Source: Eledone cirrhosa (taxonomy: Eukaryota). From it: DNA of 64,000 nt. The notes beneath the pieces are model-generated. The model ran no database searches, was not told the origin of the DNA, and saw only the letters and a program-made list of their open reading frames with translations. A program made the position numbers and the translations under genes. Shown one piece after another: positions 15,008 to 29,043 of this stretch. The stretch spans positions 62,682,001 to 62,746,000 of the forward strand of contig OZ024741.1 of assembly GCA_964016885.1 (NCBI GenBank), written 5' to 3'. Each line of letters begins with the position of its first letter. Positions within the stretch are counted from its first letter, which is position 1.

Positions 15008-17869
15008 ATATGCAAATTGGGCTACTCAGCCGTTAATATGCATAAGGAAAGTATATACTTTCAGACGTTCAATTATCTGGCAGGAAGGTATACGTTGCTG
15101 ACGATAGCTAATAAGCTTGAAACTAGTACAGCGTTCCTTTGTCAGTGTTGAACACACGAGCAACGATGGTTGCTAGACACTACGGCTTAATACGGAATGT
15201 TTGTTTACAAACACACCGAGCATTATAATAAATGTTCGGTGAATCCATACGTACATATATATATGTGTGCATGTATGTATATATATATACATACTACTGT
15301 ACGTCTGTATACATATATGTATGTACGTATACATACTTATATATATATATATAGAGAGAGAGATATATAGATATATACTTGTGTTTCTATGAACGCACGC
15401 TCATACAAACATATACACACAAACTTATTGAAATGCAGACGTTTATATATGAATGGTTGGAAATGAATATTGCATGAAAACAGTTTTGATGGACAAAATT
15501 TATAACTAGGTAAATAAAGTAATAATATCAAAAATAATTGAATTATAAAAAAAGGAAAACATTAATTAAAATACATTTTTCTCTTTTTCCATTGATAATT
15601 CTGAGAAATTTCATTCATATTTTTCTTCTTATCATTATTTTCAGCTTTTGGTTTTTCATATCCTTTCGTTTTCCACAATCGGTTCTGTGTATATTCACTC
15701 CATATTTGCATTTTGTCTTTATCATATCACCTCCTCTGTCTATCTCGTGGAATTACTTATTTATTGTTATGTTTTCTAATTAAAAATTATAATATGGTAA
15801 TGTGGTAATACGGAAGGAAATCATAACATCTTCTCAATAATAACTTTGCATGGGAAGTTAAGAATTGAATATATATGTGAAAAAAGGAAGAAAACGATGC
15901 TAAAAAAACAGTCTGATGAAATGCAAATGAAGCGTTGCTGTGGAAGATTAAAATGTGTTGCGTTGGTTATGAAAATATTATGTAAAAATTGAAATATTTC
16001 TTTACATAAAGAAGAAAAGCAGTATTGGATATCAGAAAGACTAGATCGATGGGTTACATACTTATGCCCGTATATGATTTCATTTCAAGTTAAAAACTCC
16101 ATCATCACCAAATTTGACTTTTATCTTTCTCAAATCAATAAAATATCAACCAGAAAATTAAATTGAATAGTTCTTTATCTCTTTCTGTTAATTGCTTTTT
16201 GGCATTCTATCAATGTTGTAAGCCGATATTTTCTCTCGGAGTATTTGAGATTAAAGTCACATTGTCATCAATTTTGACTTTCCTTCTTCTAGCATGGATA
16301 ACATACATACTAGTTATGTAAAAGATTAATTTATTCGAATATTCCCTCACCCAATCAGTCAACTAAATTGTTGACCTTGTGCTATAATTTATATCATTGG
16401 GCCTCAAGTTAAAATCTAATTAATTTGCCTTTCGTCTCGTCAGGATCGATAAATAAAATATTAGTCATATATTGAGTCCAGTCTACTTAAATATTATACC
16501 TTCATTGGTATAATTCTATAATTTATGTTGATAAGACTGGCGTGTATTTAAAATATAGTAAGAACATTTTTATTCAAGCGTGGTAGAATGATGGTAAGCT
16601 CTAAGTAGCTGAGTTTACGATTGAAAGTTCATTCCCTGATTAAGCCATTTGATTTCACATACTTTCTAACACTTGTAATTTTCTGGCTGTAACAAGCAGC
16701 CGGGAGAACCTTAGTCTCCATCATGCAGATTTGCCCAGGAAAAAATCTTCGTTGGTGAGCCAATAGCCATTGAGGATTAAAAGAAATTAAAAGAGGTTCA
16801 TAGAAAATGAAATTCATAACGCCGTTTTGAATTTTTGTTTAAGCGGTTTTACTTTGTCTCATCTACACAGAAAGTTTCCTCATAAAAGTCATGAACGTCA
16901 CAATTTCTCATTTACGTTTCATACCAAAGAGATGGTGATTTAAACGACAATAATAACAGCAGCAACAGCAGCAACAACTACAACATAAACACAAATATCA
17001 AATATGCGTATATTTATGTGGTAAAAGACTTTGAAGTCTATAGAGAGAGTATTAATATTTTGGTGTATCTAGTTTCCAATACAGTTTTAATTCAGAGTTA
17101 AAGCGTTGTAGTTCGCATGTGTGATTAATGACTTTGGAAAAGTCAGGAACACCAAGATTTCATTTGAAATCTAGGGATTTCGTATATAGCTCTACCTCCG
17201 AAAAGAATTGTGTATAATTGGAAGAAAAGGAAAATATTATGTAACCATTCTTGTTGTTGCTATTCATTGAGCCCTCATCTCCTGATGGAATTATAGGAAT
17301 ACGATGATGATATACATCCTTTCTTGGATATTTAAACACAGCAGAATTCTTCCCTTGCCTTGTTTGTCAACAACTGATTAATTCCAGAGATAGGAGTGAG
17401 AGAGATATAAGACGAAGAATAAGAATAAATCTCAGTATTGAGCTGAAATTATGAAATCCAAAATTTGACCCTCGAAGTTAGAATGCAGAAAGACGGACCA
17501 AACCATGCAATGCATGCAATTCGATTTTGTAACGATGCCAATTCGCCATCTCATTGTACTATAAAATAGACAAAATTATGATATAATTACTAGAAAGGTG
17601 ACCGCAGTAAACAAGACATAACTCCCTGCAGTTTCGGTTCTTATTTTAAAAGATTCCGTTTTCAACTGCACCATTAACAGTTAACGTAGTCTTCTAGATA
17701 CATTAGAATTTTAATTGGCTTAATGGCAGTTTAATTGTTGGTTATTGTCAAATTTATTTCAAGTGTCTATTGTTCTGTAGCAACAAGTAACTTCAAGTTT
17801 CTTGTTATTCCACTTATGATAATTTAACGATCATCTTATATTACAATGTCTCCAGCTTCCTTTCTTGGA

Positions 17870-18215
17870 ATAAACCCCAGTCGTCTTCGGTGATGAGTGG
17901 TCCTGTTGTTTGATGAATAAATCAGCTTACTCATGAAATTAACGCGTTGAACCTTCCACACAAACGTATATTTTTAAGGTAATTCACATGAAGAATCAGT
18001 CCGACACAGTGTGTGACTGACAAGTCTGGCCCTTTTGGTTACAGGTACAATCAATTCGACGGGCTTCCAAACATTTTCCATCTATCCCAAATTCTCTCAT
18101 AATGCATGGGCTGACTTGTGGCTATGGTATATGACACATGGTCAAAATGTGGTGCTGAGGGATCGAACCGGGGACTTACTGAGGTAAACGTCTTAACCAT
18201 TCAGCCACGCTGCAT
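17870..18215 (-). mobile_element. Old tRNA-derived SINE (second family)
   Basis: Minus strand has A-box-like GCGTGGCTGAATGGTTAAG and B-box GGTTCGATCC. Boundaries approximate. Confidence 0.55.
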
Positions 18216-18756
18216 CTATGCTTTTATTTCATCCATAAAAGAAAAGAATAATTTGAGTGAAATTTATAACATATTTAGTTGAGCACCGGAAAAAATACTT
18301 TGTGGTATTTAGTTATATTCGTTGAAGTTATTGTCTTCAAATCCTCTCAAGGTTAACAACAGTTTGATAAAATAAGAACATACAGGAAATCGACTTAATC
18401 AACTATAACCATACCCATACCCCATCAGACACACACACACACTCACATTTCTGCACACAAACGCGTGCACGCACACATACCTACACATCTCAACACACGA
18501 CCCCTTTAAAACCATAGCTTATTCGGCTCATTATTAACTTTATTATAAACTTGTATTGCAAGTAACTCCTATTTTATATTCTAAAATGAATATCTATATA
18601 TTGTATTAAAATGAATATCTATATATGGTATTATGTTTCTAATGAGGATGTTTAATGTCATATTTGTAAATTATTATTTAACAACTAGAAAACAAAAGTT
18701 GTAGTTTTGTACATAGTTAAATTATGTTGTATAATTTATTATGGCGACAAACTGTC

Positions 18757-18945
18757 TGGCGGTGGATTGGCAGTATCGTAGAGGGTCGGACGCGCCATGC
18801 TTTCCAGCATAGTTACGCCCCTTTACGATCTGAGTTCAAATCCCGCCGAGGTTGACTTTGTCTTTCATCCTTACGGGGTCGATAAAATAAAGTACTAGTA
18901 ATGCACTGGGTAATTGCTGGCCTTGTGCCTGAAGTAGAAACAATT
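18757..18945 (+). mobile_element. Full-length tRNA-derived Deu/Nin-domain SINE
   Basis: TGGCGGTGGATTGGCAG head, B box GAGTTCAAATCC, core CTTTCATCCTTACGGGGTCGATAAAATAAAGTAC, tail AGTAGAAACAATT. Matches about 10 other copies in the window. Confidence 0.88.
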
Positions 18946-21469
18946 AATTTGTTAGTAAATTTACATTTATAGTATTGTTTATTATATGTTGCTTTCTGGT
19001 GGCCTACAGTGAGGTGTCAAACCAAACTATTATTCACAGCATTGATAATCTGATTTGGATCTCTGTTTCTCCTAATGGATGAAGACTGGTCTGTCGCGTA
19101 TCATTTGTTTATATATTTGTGGGCAGCACATGTGTGTATGTGTGTATGTATGTATGTGTATCTATGTGTGTATGTGTGTGTGTGTTAAGTAGTAGAAGGA
19201 AAACTCTCCAAAGTTCTTTTGTTAAAAGGAAACTTCCGTTGGCGTGACAACACTTTTACATTATCAGCGCATAACAATTTTTGCAGCTTCGTTGCATTCG
19301 ATGGTATTTTAATAGTATTTTTTTCTTTTCTCGATATATTTTTAGATAATTCTGTGAAAAAGCTTTACACAGCACCTATATACAAGATGACAAACTACAA
19401 AAATCTAATAAAACCTCATAATAAACGTGATAAAAGAGTCATAAAAATGATAATCAAATAACACGTATTGCCTTTACAAATTAGATCTAATTACCTAACT
19501 TTAACTACAAAATTAGGGCATCTAAAAATATAATACAATACCATATAAGTAGCACAACGATGAATATTCTGTGTGATCATCGGATCTGCTAGAAGTAGTT
19601 ACCATATCTACCTCAGTGTATATGGATACTGCCATAAAAACGACTTGAGGCAATGTTGTCATACAGCTGAATAAATGAAAGCCTAGTCGGGGGTTTGAAA
19701 AGCTTCCATCATGGATCTCTTCAAGCAGGGCTATCTTGTGTTTAACAAATAACCCCATCGCCACCACACATATCAGTGTATATCTGAGCAACATCACAAC
19801 TAATATTAGAAGTATGGCAACACAGTAAATATATTCAATATCATTCGTTCAAAGAGAAAACATTATAGCAAACAACCCATAAAATAACACATTCTCCCTA
19901 TCACAATTGAATTGTTTAGAGTATCCACCGCTGCCATGGTTGTACACACACTTTCTATAATCATATTTGAATAGTATACACACACATAGACGTGCTGTGT
20001 GCTGAAGAAAATATTTCATTGACAACACGCAGTTCCCGATTTGATGTCACAGCAGATTTACTGTTTGAGTGAAATGAAAAAAAGTAATCTAGCCACATGA
20101 TATAGATAGTTAAAATATATACCAGACTGAAATAAGTATCGTGGTCCATATGATGGATTAAAAAACCTTTGAAGAGGATGCATCAACATGGCTGCAATCT
20201 AATGACAAAAACCAGTTAAAGCATAAAAGGTTATGCGATAAGCATATTTGTATGTTATGCTCACTCCCTTATCATATTTGAATGATATGCTCACGCACTA
20301 TAATCATATTTGAATAATATACGCCTATGCTTACTATTGTTGTATAAATTATTGCCTAGTAATGTATTCCTATGTAGGAGGAATTTAATGCGCATAGTAT
20401 TCACATCTAGTTGTAGACCACATACATGTTATAGTTCTTTTATAGTTCTCCATTATCGTAAACTATACAAGTTTCATAGTTCTTTATTATCACATGATAA
20501 TAAAGAGCAGCAACGCCAACAATTGTTTCGGTACTTAGCAATAAATGAGTCTCTTTGTATTCACTCAATTTGCTAGAAACATGAGCTACATTCACCTCAA
20601 ATAACACACCTCCGTATTTAAAAAGGAAATTACACATGTATAACATAGTATTTGATATAAAAATAAAGAGAGGTTGGTAACGACTGGGACATCTTTAAAC
20701 ACGAGTCATCTTAAACAGGTTTGACTGGCGGCTAAACATCTCAAGCTAGAGTTGTTTCAACTTTGTTCAGATTATATCAGCCTTCAACGTACAATTATTA
20801 CTAATGAGAAGTTATGATAGGCTTACATTTAAATAAAACATTCTAAAATGTCAACAATATTTTACTAAATTTAGAAAATAAATTTTAAAGTTTTTTCTTA
20901 GAGGACACCCAACTTTTTACACGAAAAGTGTTCCTTACATATATTTTATTCGATATGGTCAAAATTGCCTTTCACCCTTCCGAGAGTCCATGAAATAAAG
21001 AGCCAGGAAAGAACTAGAGTCAATTTAGATGAATTCCCTCTTCCATAATGGCTGCTATTGTTTCTATGTTAGAAACAATTATACTATCCGATATCGAATA
21101 CTACTAGCATGTTATGTGCTGATGAATAGAATTTATGGCTACGTTGCCTCTCCAAAGAGGAATAATGTGTGTCTTTACAGAATGTTTGTTTGTGTCAAGA
21201 ATCTATCTATCTATATTTCGCCGTATTCCCCTCCACATACACGTGACCCACCTTTCACATATATATATATATATAAGAGGGTGTTAAAGTTTGCTTGAAG
21301 CATTGTGAAATGTGTAAAATACGTAGTTTAGAAAGCCACAACAATGCAGACGGGAAATCTCGAGGTAGGAAGTGAATGATAGATAGGAGAAATAGGAGAA
21401 AGTGAATATTGAGAGAGACAAAGATGAAAACAAAACAAAGGTAGAAGGGTTACCGTAGTGGAGATTTAA

Positions 21470-21505
21470 TCCCAATATTTCGGGCTCACGCCCATCAACG
21501 GGGGA
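21470..21505 (-). ncRNA. Non-canonical hammerhead-like motif in the Penelope pLTR (also ~24.93k, ~28.39k, ~31.84k, 35300-35335, and + strand 35897-35932)
   Basis: TCCC-CCGTTGAT-GGGC GTGA GCCC-GAAATATT-GGGA; covaries with 62755-62790. Confidence 0.55.
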
Positions 21506-22118
21506 AAGTTCCAAAAAGGGGGGGAACAGGCTAAGCCGGAGAAAGTTGTGATGTCGTTAAAACAGGAATGCTGTTATGGGGAGAAAATTTAAATGAGGGA
21601 AAGAATGCGCGTGCGCGTGATAGGCTGTGGCAAAAGCTACTGACCAAATGGGTTAAATCAAGAGGGTGCGCTAGCGTGTGAAAGCCGTAAAATATGTGTG
21701 TGTAAATATATATGTGTGTGTAACTGTGTGTGTATATGTGTAAGTGTGTATATGTGTGAGTGTGTGTGTGTGTGAAAGATAGTGGGCTGTAGAAGCTGGA
21801 AATCAAAGGGTGTGAAAGGTGGTAGGTTGTAAAACATGTGTGCGTGTATAAATATAGATGTGTGTGTGTATGCGTATGGGTAAATATGTGTGTGTAACTG
21901 TGTGTATATATGTGTAAGTGTGTATATGTGTGAGTGCGTGTGTGTGTGAAAGATAGTGGGCTGTAGAAGCTGGAAATCAAAGGGTGTGAAAGGTGGTAGG
22001 TTGTAAAAACATGTGTGCGTGTATAAATATAGATGTGTGTGTGTATGCGTATGGGTATGCATATACGTGCGTGTGTGTGAAAATAGCAGGCCGTAAGGGC
22101 TGTGAATGGTCACTATGG

Positions 22119-24762
22119 TTAAATTAGCCATGTCAGCTCATTTCTCTCAGCCCGGTTGTTAAGTGGGGGTCTGAGGTTCTTAATAACAAGTGCTTCCTTT
22201 ATCCTTAAGGATCCGATGCTGCGTTCAGTCGCTAGGACTGTGACCAAGGGTCTACCCTGTGGGTTTCCGCATTTAAGGATGTGTTTACGGAAGGAAGATG
22301 CGTTGGTGTTGATATGTTCCTTGATACGAACATGTAGGTGTCGGATGGTGCTACCTATGTAAAACTTGTTACATTTATCGCATTGAATCTTTTATACGAC
22401 ATAGGTGCGTAGGAAATCTGCCCCCCGTATCGGGCAGTTGCTGAGGGAACACGTCCCATCTGACTCGTCGGGTTTGTTGGAGAGGCATCTTCGCAGCGAA
22501 GGTCCTGTGTGGGCCAAATGTATGTCAAGTCCCTCCGTCCGTATGGCCCTGCGGATGGCGTTCGTGGTATATTCACTCAGGTGGGGGATTTTAAAGAAGC
22601 ACCTGCTTTTATTTAAGTTTCTAGTGGGTGTCTGTCTATTGGGTCTGGGGTCTCTAATTCCGTTAATCAGTCGCTTGGGATATCCATTAGACTTGAGTAG
22701 ATTACGGATTTGCCTGGTATGGGTGAGACCACCCATCGGGTCACTGCATCTGTTAGTGATCCGTGTCAATTCATTAAGGACATAGCCTCTCTTAGCGTTG
22801 TTGGGGAGGGCTGAGTTATAATGCACAAATAAATCCTTGCACGCTGCTTTGCGGTAGAAGGTGGTGTTTATGTCTCCTTCTTCCGAGATGTTGATACGGA
22901 AGTCGAGGAGGGCGAGTGACCCGTCTTCTCCTGGGTGTTCGATGGTGAAATCGACGTGATGGTCAGTATCGTTGAAGATTTGGTGAATTTCATTCGCCAT
23001 CTCCCGGGAAGAAGTAAGTATCAGGATGTCATCAACGTATCTGGAGTAGAAGGCGACGGCGTTGGGTTGGCAGGTATTGAGTGCCTTGCGTTCCAGGTGG
23101 TCCATGTACGAGATCGCAAGTATGCCGGACAGACTAGAGCCCATAGGTAGCCCAGAGATTTGTTTTGTACGTGTGGCCGAGGAAATTGAAGAGTGCATTA
23201 TCCACAACGAAGGAGAGGAGTTGGTGGATGTCCGTGTGTGTGAGTCCGAAGCAGTGTAAGTTAGATGCTCGGACTAGTTCGGTCAACAGGTCGACGGCTG
23301 GGGATGCTGGTACGGAGGTATAAAGGGCGACCACATCAAGACTGAAGGCATAACCGTTGTCCTTTCTGGTGTTGGGCGCCAGATGGTGTAGTCGCTCCAA
23401 GACCTCCTTTGAGCTGCAGACGTGGGCTGGTAGTGTGTGTAGAATAGGTTTCAGTAGTGTGGAGAGCAGCCACGATATTTTATAGAGTGGGCTCTCCACG
23501 CTAGAGACAATGGGCCTGATTTTCAAATCGGGTCCTTGTTTATGTGTTTTAACCAGGTGGTAGAAGGTGGGTAGTTTGCTGTTTCGAGTCATTATGTTGT
23601 TTTTTACCTTCTTTGGCAGTTTTCGTTGGATACAGATGTTAGTCCATATGGTGTTAATGCCTTCCTCGATTAGAGTCGAGGAGGTCCCTGTGACTTTCGA
23701 GTAGAGGCTGTCGTCATTAAGATGTTGGAGAGCTAAGTTGTTGTAGGTCTCTCTCGAGATGACACAGAATTCTTTCCCCTTGTCAGAGGGAAGGTACACA
23801 AGGTTCCTGAATCTTAGGTTGGTGAGAGTATTAAATTGTGCATTGGTGAGGTTGCGTTTATTGTGTGTGTGTGTGTGTGTGTTGGGAAAGGATGTTAGAG
23901 ATAGAATGTTTCAACCTGAGTAGTTTAGTGTCAAGTTCGTGGTTGGTGGGTGGGGGTGGAGTGGGTTGTCGAGGTGGTACGTGGGGAGTGTGGGGTGGGT
24001 TGTGGGGTTGTAATCGATCTCGGTGTTGTTTTGGATGGCGGTTAGCCATTTCAGTTGATATGCTGTCCGACAGAAGTTGGTTTCGATGTCGAGTTTCAGT
24101 CTATCATCGAGACGCTGTGTAATGATGAACTTGGGTCCGAGGCGCAGAAGTTCGAGTTCGTCGTTGGTGAGGGTACCGGTTAGGTCGGTAACGAGGTGTG
24201 AAGCATCGTTGGTAGGTAGATCGCTGTTGGGGGGTGTAGCGGAGGGTGTTGTATAGCTGTTGCCCCTGGTGTGGTTGTAGTCGGTCCGTCTGTGGGAGCG
24301 GATGTTGTCATTGTAGTATTTGTTTACAGTCCATTCGTATTTCCGTATAAGGCGCTGTTTATCGTATTTGACTCTGGTGTGGTAACACTGATCGATAGCT
24401 TTGCGTATTTCCTGGACCTGGTGGTCAGGGGTGAGGGTTGGAGCTATACGATCTATGTGCTCGGAAAGCGTTTGTATATGGAGTCGCAGTTGGTGGTGGT
24501 TGTGTCGTAGTATTTTCTTGATAAACGTGCGTTGAATGTGGCGGATGGTGTTTTCGAAGGATGGTGATCGTAAACATTCGGGTAGATGTATATTCCTGAT
24601 GGTGGTTGGAATGATGTTGTTCTTTAGGCAGCGTTTTAAGAAGGTAATTTGGCAACCGAGTTTGGCACGATTCTCCGATAGTCTGAATAGGTCCCTTATG
24701 GGTGCAAACAAGTCCTGGCTCAGGTGTAATGATAAGAGGGTGTTAAAGTTTGCTTGAAGCAT
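22119..24762 (-). pseudogene. Penelope RT + GIY-YIG polyprotein, copy 1 (disrupted)
   Basis: MLQANF...LRLGPKF...SDKG...FYHLVKTHK..IRPIVS...SLDVVALYT...GLPMG...RYVDD...LDF...YRK...VV*KIQCDKCNKFYIGST...LTWLI*. Confidence 0.93.
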
Positions 24763-25581
24763 TGTGAAATGTGTAAAATACGTAGTTTAGAAAGCCACAA
24801 CAATGCAGACGGGAAATCTCGAGGTAGGAAGTAAATGATAGATAGGAGAAATAGGAGAAAGTGAAAATTGAGAGAGACAAAGATGAAAACAAAACAAAGG
24901 TAGAAGGGTTACCGTAGTGGAGATTTATTCCCAATATTTCGGCTCACGCCCATCAACGGGGGAAAGTTCCAAAAAGGGGGGGGGGGGGACAGGCTAAGCC
25001 GGAGAAAGTTGTGATGTCGTTAAAACAGGAATGCCGTTATGGGGAGAACATTTAAATGAGGGAAAGAATGCGCGTGCGCGTGATAGGCTGTGGCAAAAGC
25101 TACTGACCAAATGGGTTAAATCAAGAGGGTGCGCTAGCGTGTGAAAGCCGTAAAATATGTGTGTGTAAATATATATGTGTGTGTAACTGTGTGTGTATAT
25201 GTGTAAGTGTGTATATGTGTGAGTGTGTGTGTGTGTGAAAGATAGTGGGCTGTAGAAGCTGGAAATCAAAGGGTGTGAAAGGTGGTAGGTTGTAAAACAT
25301 GTGTGCGTGTATAAATATAGATGTGTGTGTGTATGCGTATGGGTAAATATGTGTGTGTAACTGTGTGTATATATGTGTAAGTGTGTATATGTGTGAGTGC
25401 GTGTGTGTGTGAAAGATAGTGGGCTGTAGAAGCTGGAAATCAAAGGGTGTGAAAGGTGGTAGGTTGTAAAAACATGTGTGCGTGTATAAATATAGATGTG
25501 TGTGTGTATGCGTATGGGTATGCATATACGTGCGTGTGTGTGAAAATAGCAGGCCGTAAGGGCTGTGAATGGTCACTATGG

Positions 25582-28226
25582 TTAAATTAGCCATGTCAGC
25601 TCATTTCTCTCAGCCCGGTTGTTAAGTGGGGGTCTGAGGTTCTTAATAACAAGTGCTTCCTTTATCCTTAAGGATCCGATGCTGCGTTCAGTCGCTAGGA
25701 CTGTGACCAAGGGTCTACCCTGTGGGTTTCCGCATTTAAGGATGTGTTTACGGAAGGAAGATGCGTTGGTGTTGATATGTTCCTTGATACGAACATGTAG
25801 GTGTCGGATGGTGCTACCTATGTAAAACTTGTTACATTTATCGCATTGAATCTTTTATACGACATAGGTGCGTAGGCAATCTGCCCCCCGTATCGGGCAG
25901 TTGCTGAGGGAACACGTCCCATCTGACTCGTCGGGTTTGTTGGAGAGGCATCTTGGCAGCGAAGGTCCTGTGTGGGCCAAATGTATGTCAAGTCCCTCCG
26001 TCCGTATGGCCCTGCGGATGGCGTTCGTGGTATATTCACTCAGGTGGGGGATTTTAAAGAAGCACCTGCTTTTATTTAAGTTTCTAGTGGGTGTCTGTCT
26101 ATTGGGTCTGGGGTCTCTAATTCCGTTAATCAGTCGCTTGGGATATCCATTAGACTTGAGTAGATTACGGAATTTCCTGGTATGGGTGAGACCACCCACC
26201 GGGTCGCTGCATCTGTTAGGGATCCGTGTCAATTAATTAAGGACATAGCCTCTCTTAGCGTTGTTGGGGAGGGCTGAGTTATAATGCACAAATAAATCCT
26301 TGCACGCTGCTTTGCGGTAGAAGGTGGTGTTTATGTCTCCTTCTTCCGAGATGTTGATACGGAAGTCGAGGAGGGCGAGTGACCCGTCTTCTCCTGGGTG
26401 TTCGATGGTGAAATCGACGTGATGGTCAGTATCGTTGAAGATTTGGTGAATTTCATTCGCCATCTCCCGGGAAGAAGTAAGTATCAGGATGTCATCAACG
26501 TATCTGGAGTAGAAGGCGACGGCGTTGGGTTGGCCGGTATTGAGTGCCTTGCGTTCCAGGTGGTCCATGTACGAGATCGCAAGTATGCCGGATAGACTAG
26601 AGCCCATAGGTAGCCCAGAGATTTGTTTTGTACGTGTGGCCGAGGAAATTGAAGCGTGCATTATCCACAACGAAGGAGAGGAGTTGGTGGATGTCCGTGT
26701 GTGTGAGTCCGAAGCAGTGTAAGTTAGATGCTCGGACTCGTTCGGTCAACAGGTCGACGGCTGGGGATGCTGGTACGGAGGTATAAAGGGCGACCACATC
26801 AAGACTGAAGGCATAACCGTTGTCCTTTCTGGTGTTGGGCGCCAGATGGTGTAGTCGCTCCAAGACCTCCTTTGAGCTGCAGACGTGGGCTGGTAGTGTG
26901 TGTAGAATAGGTTTCAGTAGTGTGGAGAGCAGCCACGATATTTTGTAGAGTGGGCCCTCCACGCTAGAGACAATGGGCCTGATTTTCAAATCGGGTCCTT
27001 GTTTATGTGTTTTAACCAGGTGGTAGAAGGTGGGTAGTTTGCTGTTTCGAGTCATTATGTTGTTTTTTACCTTCTTTGGCAGTTTTCGTTGGACACAGAT
27101 GTTAGTCCATATGGTGTTAATGCCTTCCTCGATTAGAGTCGAGGAGGTCCCTGTGACTTTCGAGTAGAGGCTGTCGTCATTAAGATGTTGGAGAGCTAAG
27201 TTGTTGTAGGTCTCTCTCGAGATGACACAGAATTCTTTCCCCTTGTCAGAGGGAAGGTACACAAGGTTCCTGGATCTTAGGTTGGTGAGAGTATTAAATT
27301 GTGCATTGGTGAGGTTGCGTTTATTGTGTGTGTGTGTGTGTGTGTTGGGAAAGGATGTTAGAGATAGAATGTTTCAACCTGAGTAGTTTAGTGTCAAGTT
27401 CGTGGTTGGTGGGTGGGGGGTGGAGTGGGTTGTCGAGGTGGTACGTGGGGAGTGTGGGGTGGGTTGTGGGGTTGTAATCGATCTCGGTGTTGTTTTGGAT
27501 GGCGGTTAACCATTTCAGTTGATATGCTGTCCGACAGAAGTTGGTTTCGATGTCGAGTTTCAGTCTATCATCGAGACGCTGTGTAATGATGAACTTGGGT
27601 CCGAGGCGCAGAAGTTCGAGTTCGTCGTTGGTGAGGGTACCGGTTAGGTCGGTAACGAGGTGTGAAGCATCGTTGGTAGGTAGATCGCTGTTGGGGGGTG
27701 TAGCGGAGGGTGTTGTATAGCTGTTGCCCCTGGTGTGGTTGTAGTCGGTCCGTCTGTGGGAGCGGATGTTGCCATTGTAGTATTTGTTTACAGTCCATTC
27801 GTATTTCCGTATAAGGCGCTGTTTATCGTATTTGACTCTGGTGTGGTAACACTGATCGATAGCTTTGCGTATTTCCTGGACCTGGTGGTCAGGGGTGAGG
27901 GTTGGAGCTATACGATCTATGTGCTCGGAAAGCGTTTGTATATGGAGTCGCAGTTGGTGGTGGTTGTGTCGTAGTATTTTCTTGATAAACGTGCGTTGAA
28001 TGTGGCGGATGGTGTTTTCGAAGGATGGTGATCGTAAACATTCGGGTAGATGTATATTCCTGATGGTGGTTGGAATGATGTTGTTCTTTAGGCAGCGTTT
28101 TAAGAAGGTAATTTGGCAACCGAGTTTGGCACGATTCTCCGATAGTCTGAATAGGTCCCTTATGGGTGCAAACAAGTCCTGGCTCAGGTGTAATGATAAG
28201 AGGGTGTTAAAGTTTGCTTGAAGCAT
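25582..28226 (-). pseudogene. Penelope polyprotein, copy 2 (disrupted)
   Basis: Near-identical to copy 1; shared lesions plus a private stop at ~26233. Confidence 0.93.
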
Positions 28227-29043
28227 TGTGAAATGTGTAAAATACGTAGTTTAGAAAGCCACAACAATGCAGACGGGAAATCTCGAGGTAGGAAGTAAAT
28301 GATAGATAGGAGAAATAGGAGAAAGTGAAAATTGAGAGAGACAAAGATGAAAACAAAACAAAGGTAGAAGGGTTACCGTAGTGGAGATTTATTCCCAATA
28401 TTTCGGCTCACGCCCATCAACGGGGGAAAGTTCCAAAAAGGGGGGGGGGGACAGGCTAAGCCGGAGAAAGTTGTGATGTCGTTAAAACAGGAATGCTGTT
28501 ATGGGGAGAAAATTTAAATGAGGGAAAGAATGCGCGTGCGCGTGATAGGCTGTGGCAAAAGCTACTGACCAAATGGGTTAAATCAAGAGGGTGCGCTAGC
28601 GTGTGAAAGCCGTAAAATATGTGTGTGTAAATATATATGTGTGTGTAACTGTGTGTGTATATGTGTAAGTGTGTATATGTGTGAGTGTGTGTGTGTGTGA
28701 AAGATAGTGGGCTGTAGAAGCTGGAAATCAAAGGGTGTGAAAGGTGGTAGGTTGTAAAACATGTGTGCGTGTATAAATATAGATGTGTGTGTGTATGCGT
28801 ATGGGTAAATATGTGTGTGTAACTGTGTGTATATATGTGTAAGTGTGTATATGTGTGAGTGCGTGTGTGTGTGAAAGATAGTGGGCTGTAGAAGCTGGAA
28901 ATCAAAGGGTGTGAAAGGTGGTAGGTTGTAAAAACATGTGTGCGTGTATAAATATAGATGTGTGTGTGTATGCGTATGGGTATGCATATACGTGCGTGTG
29001 TGTGAAAATAGCAGGCCGTAAGGGCTGTGAATGGTCACTATGG

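Noticed and set aside
16629-16817. Short ORF faintly resembling a DNA-transposon protein
   Set aside because: Too degenerate to assign without a search.
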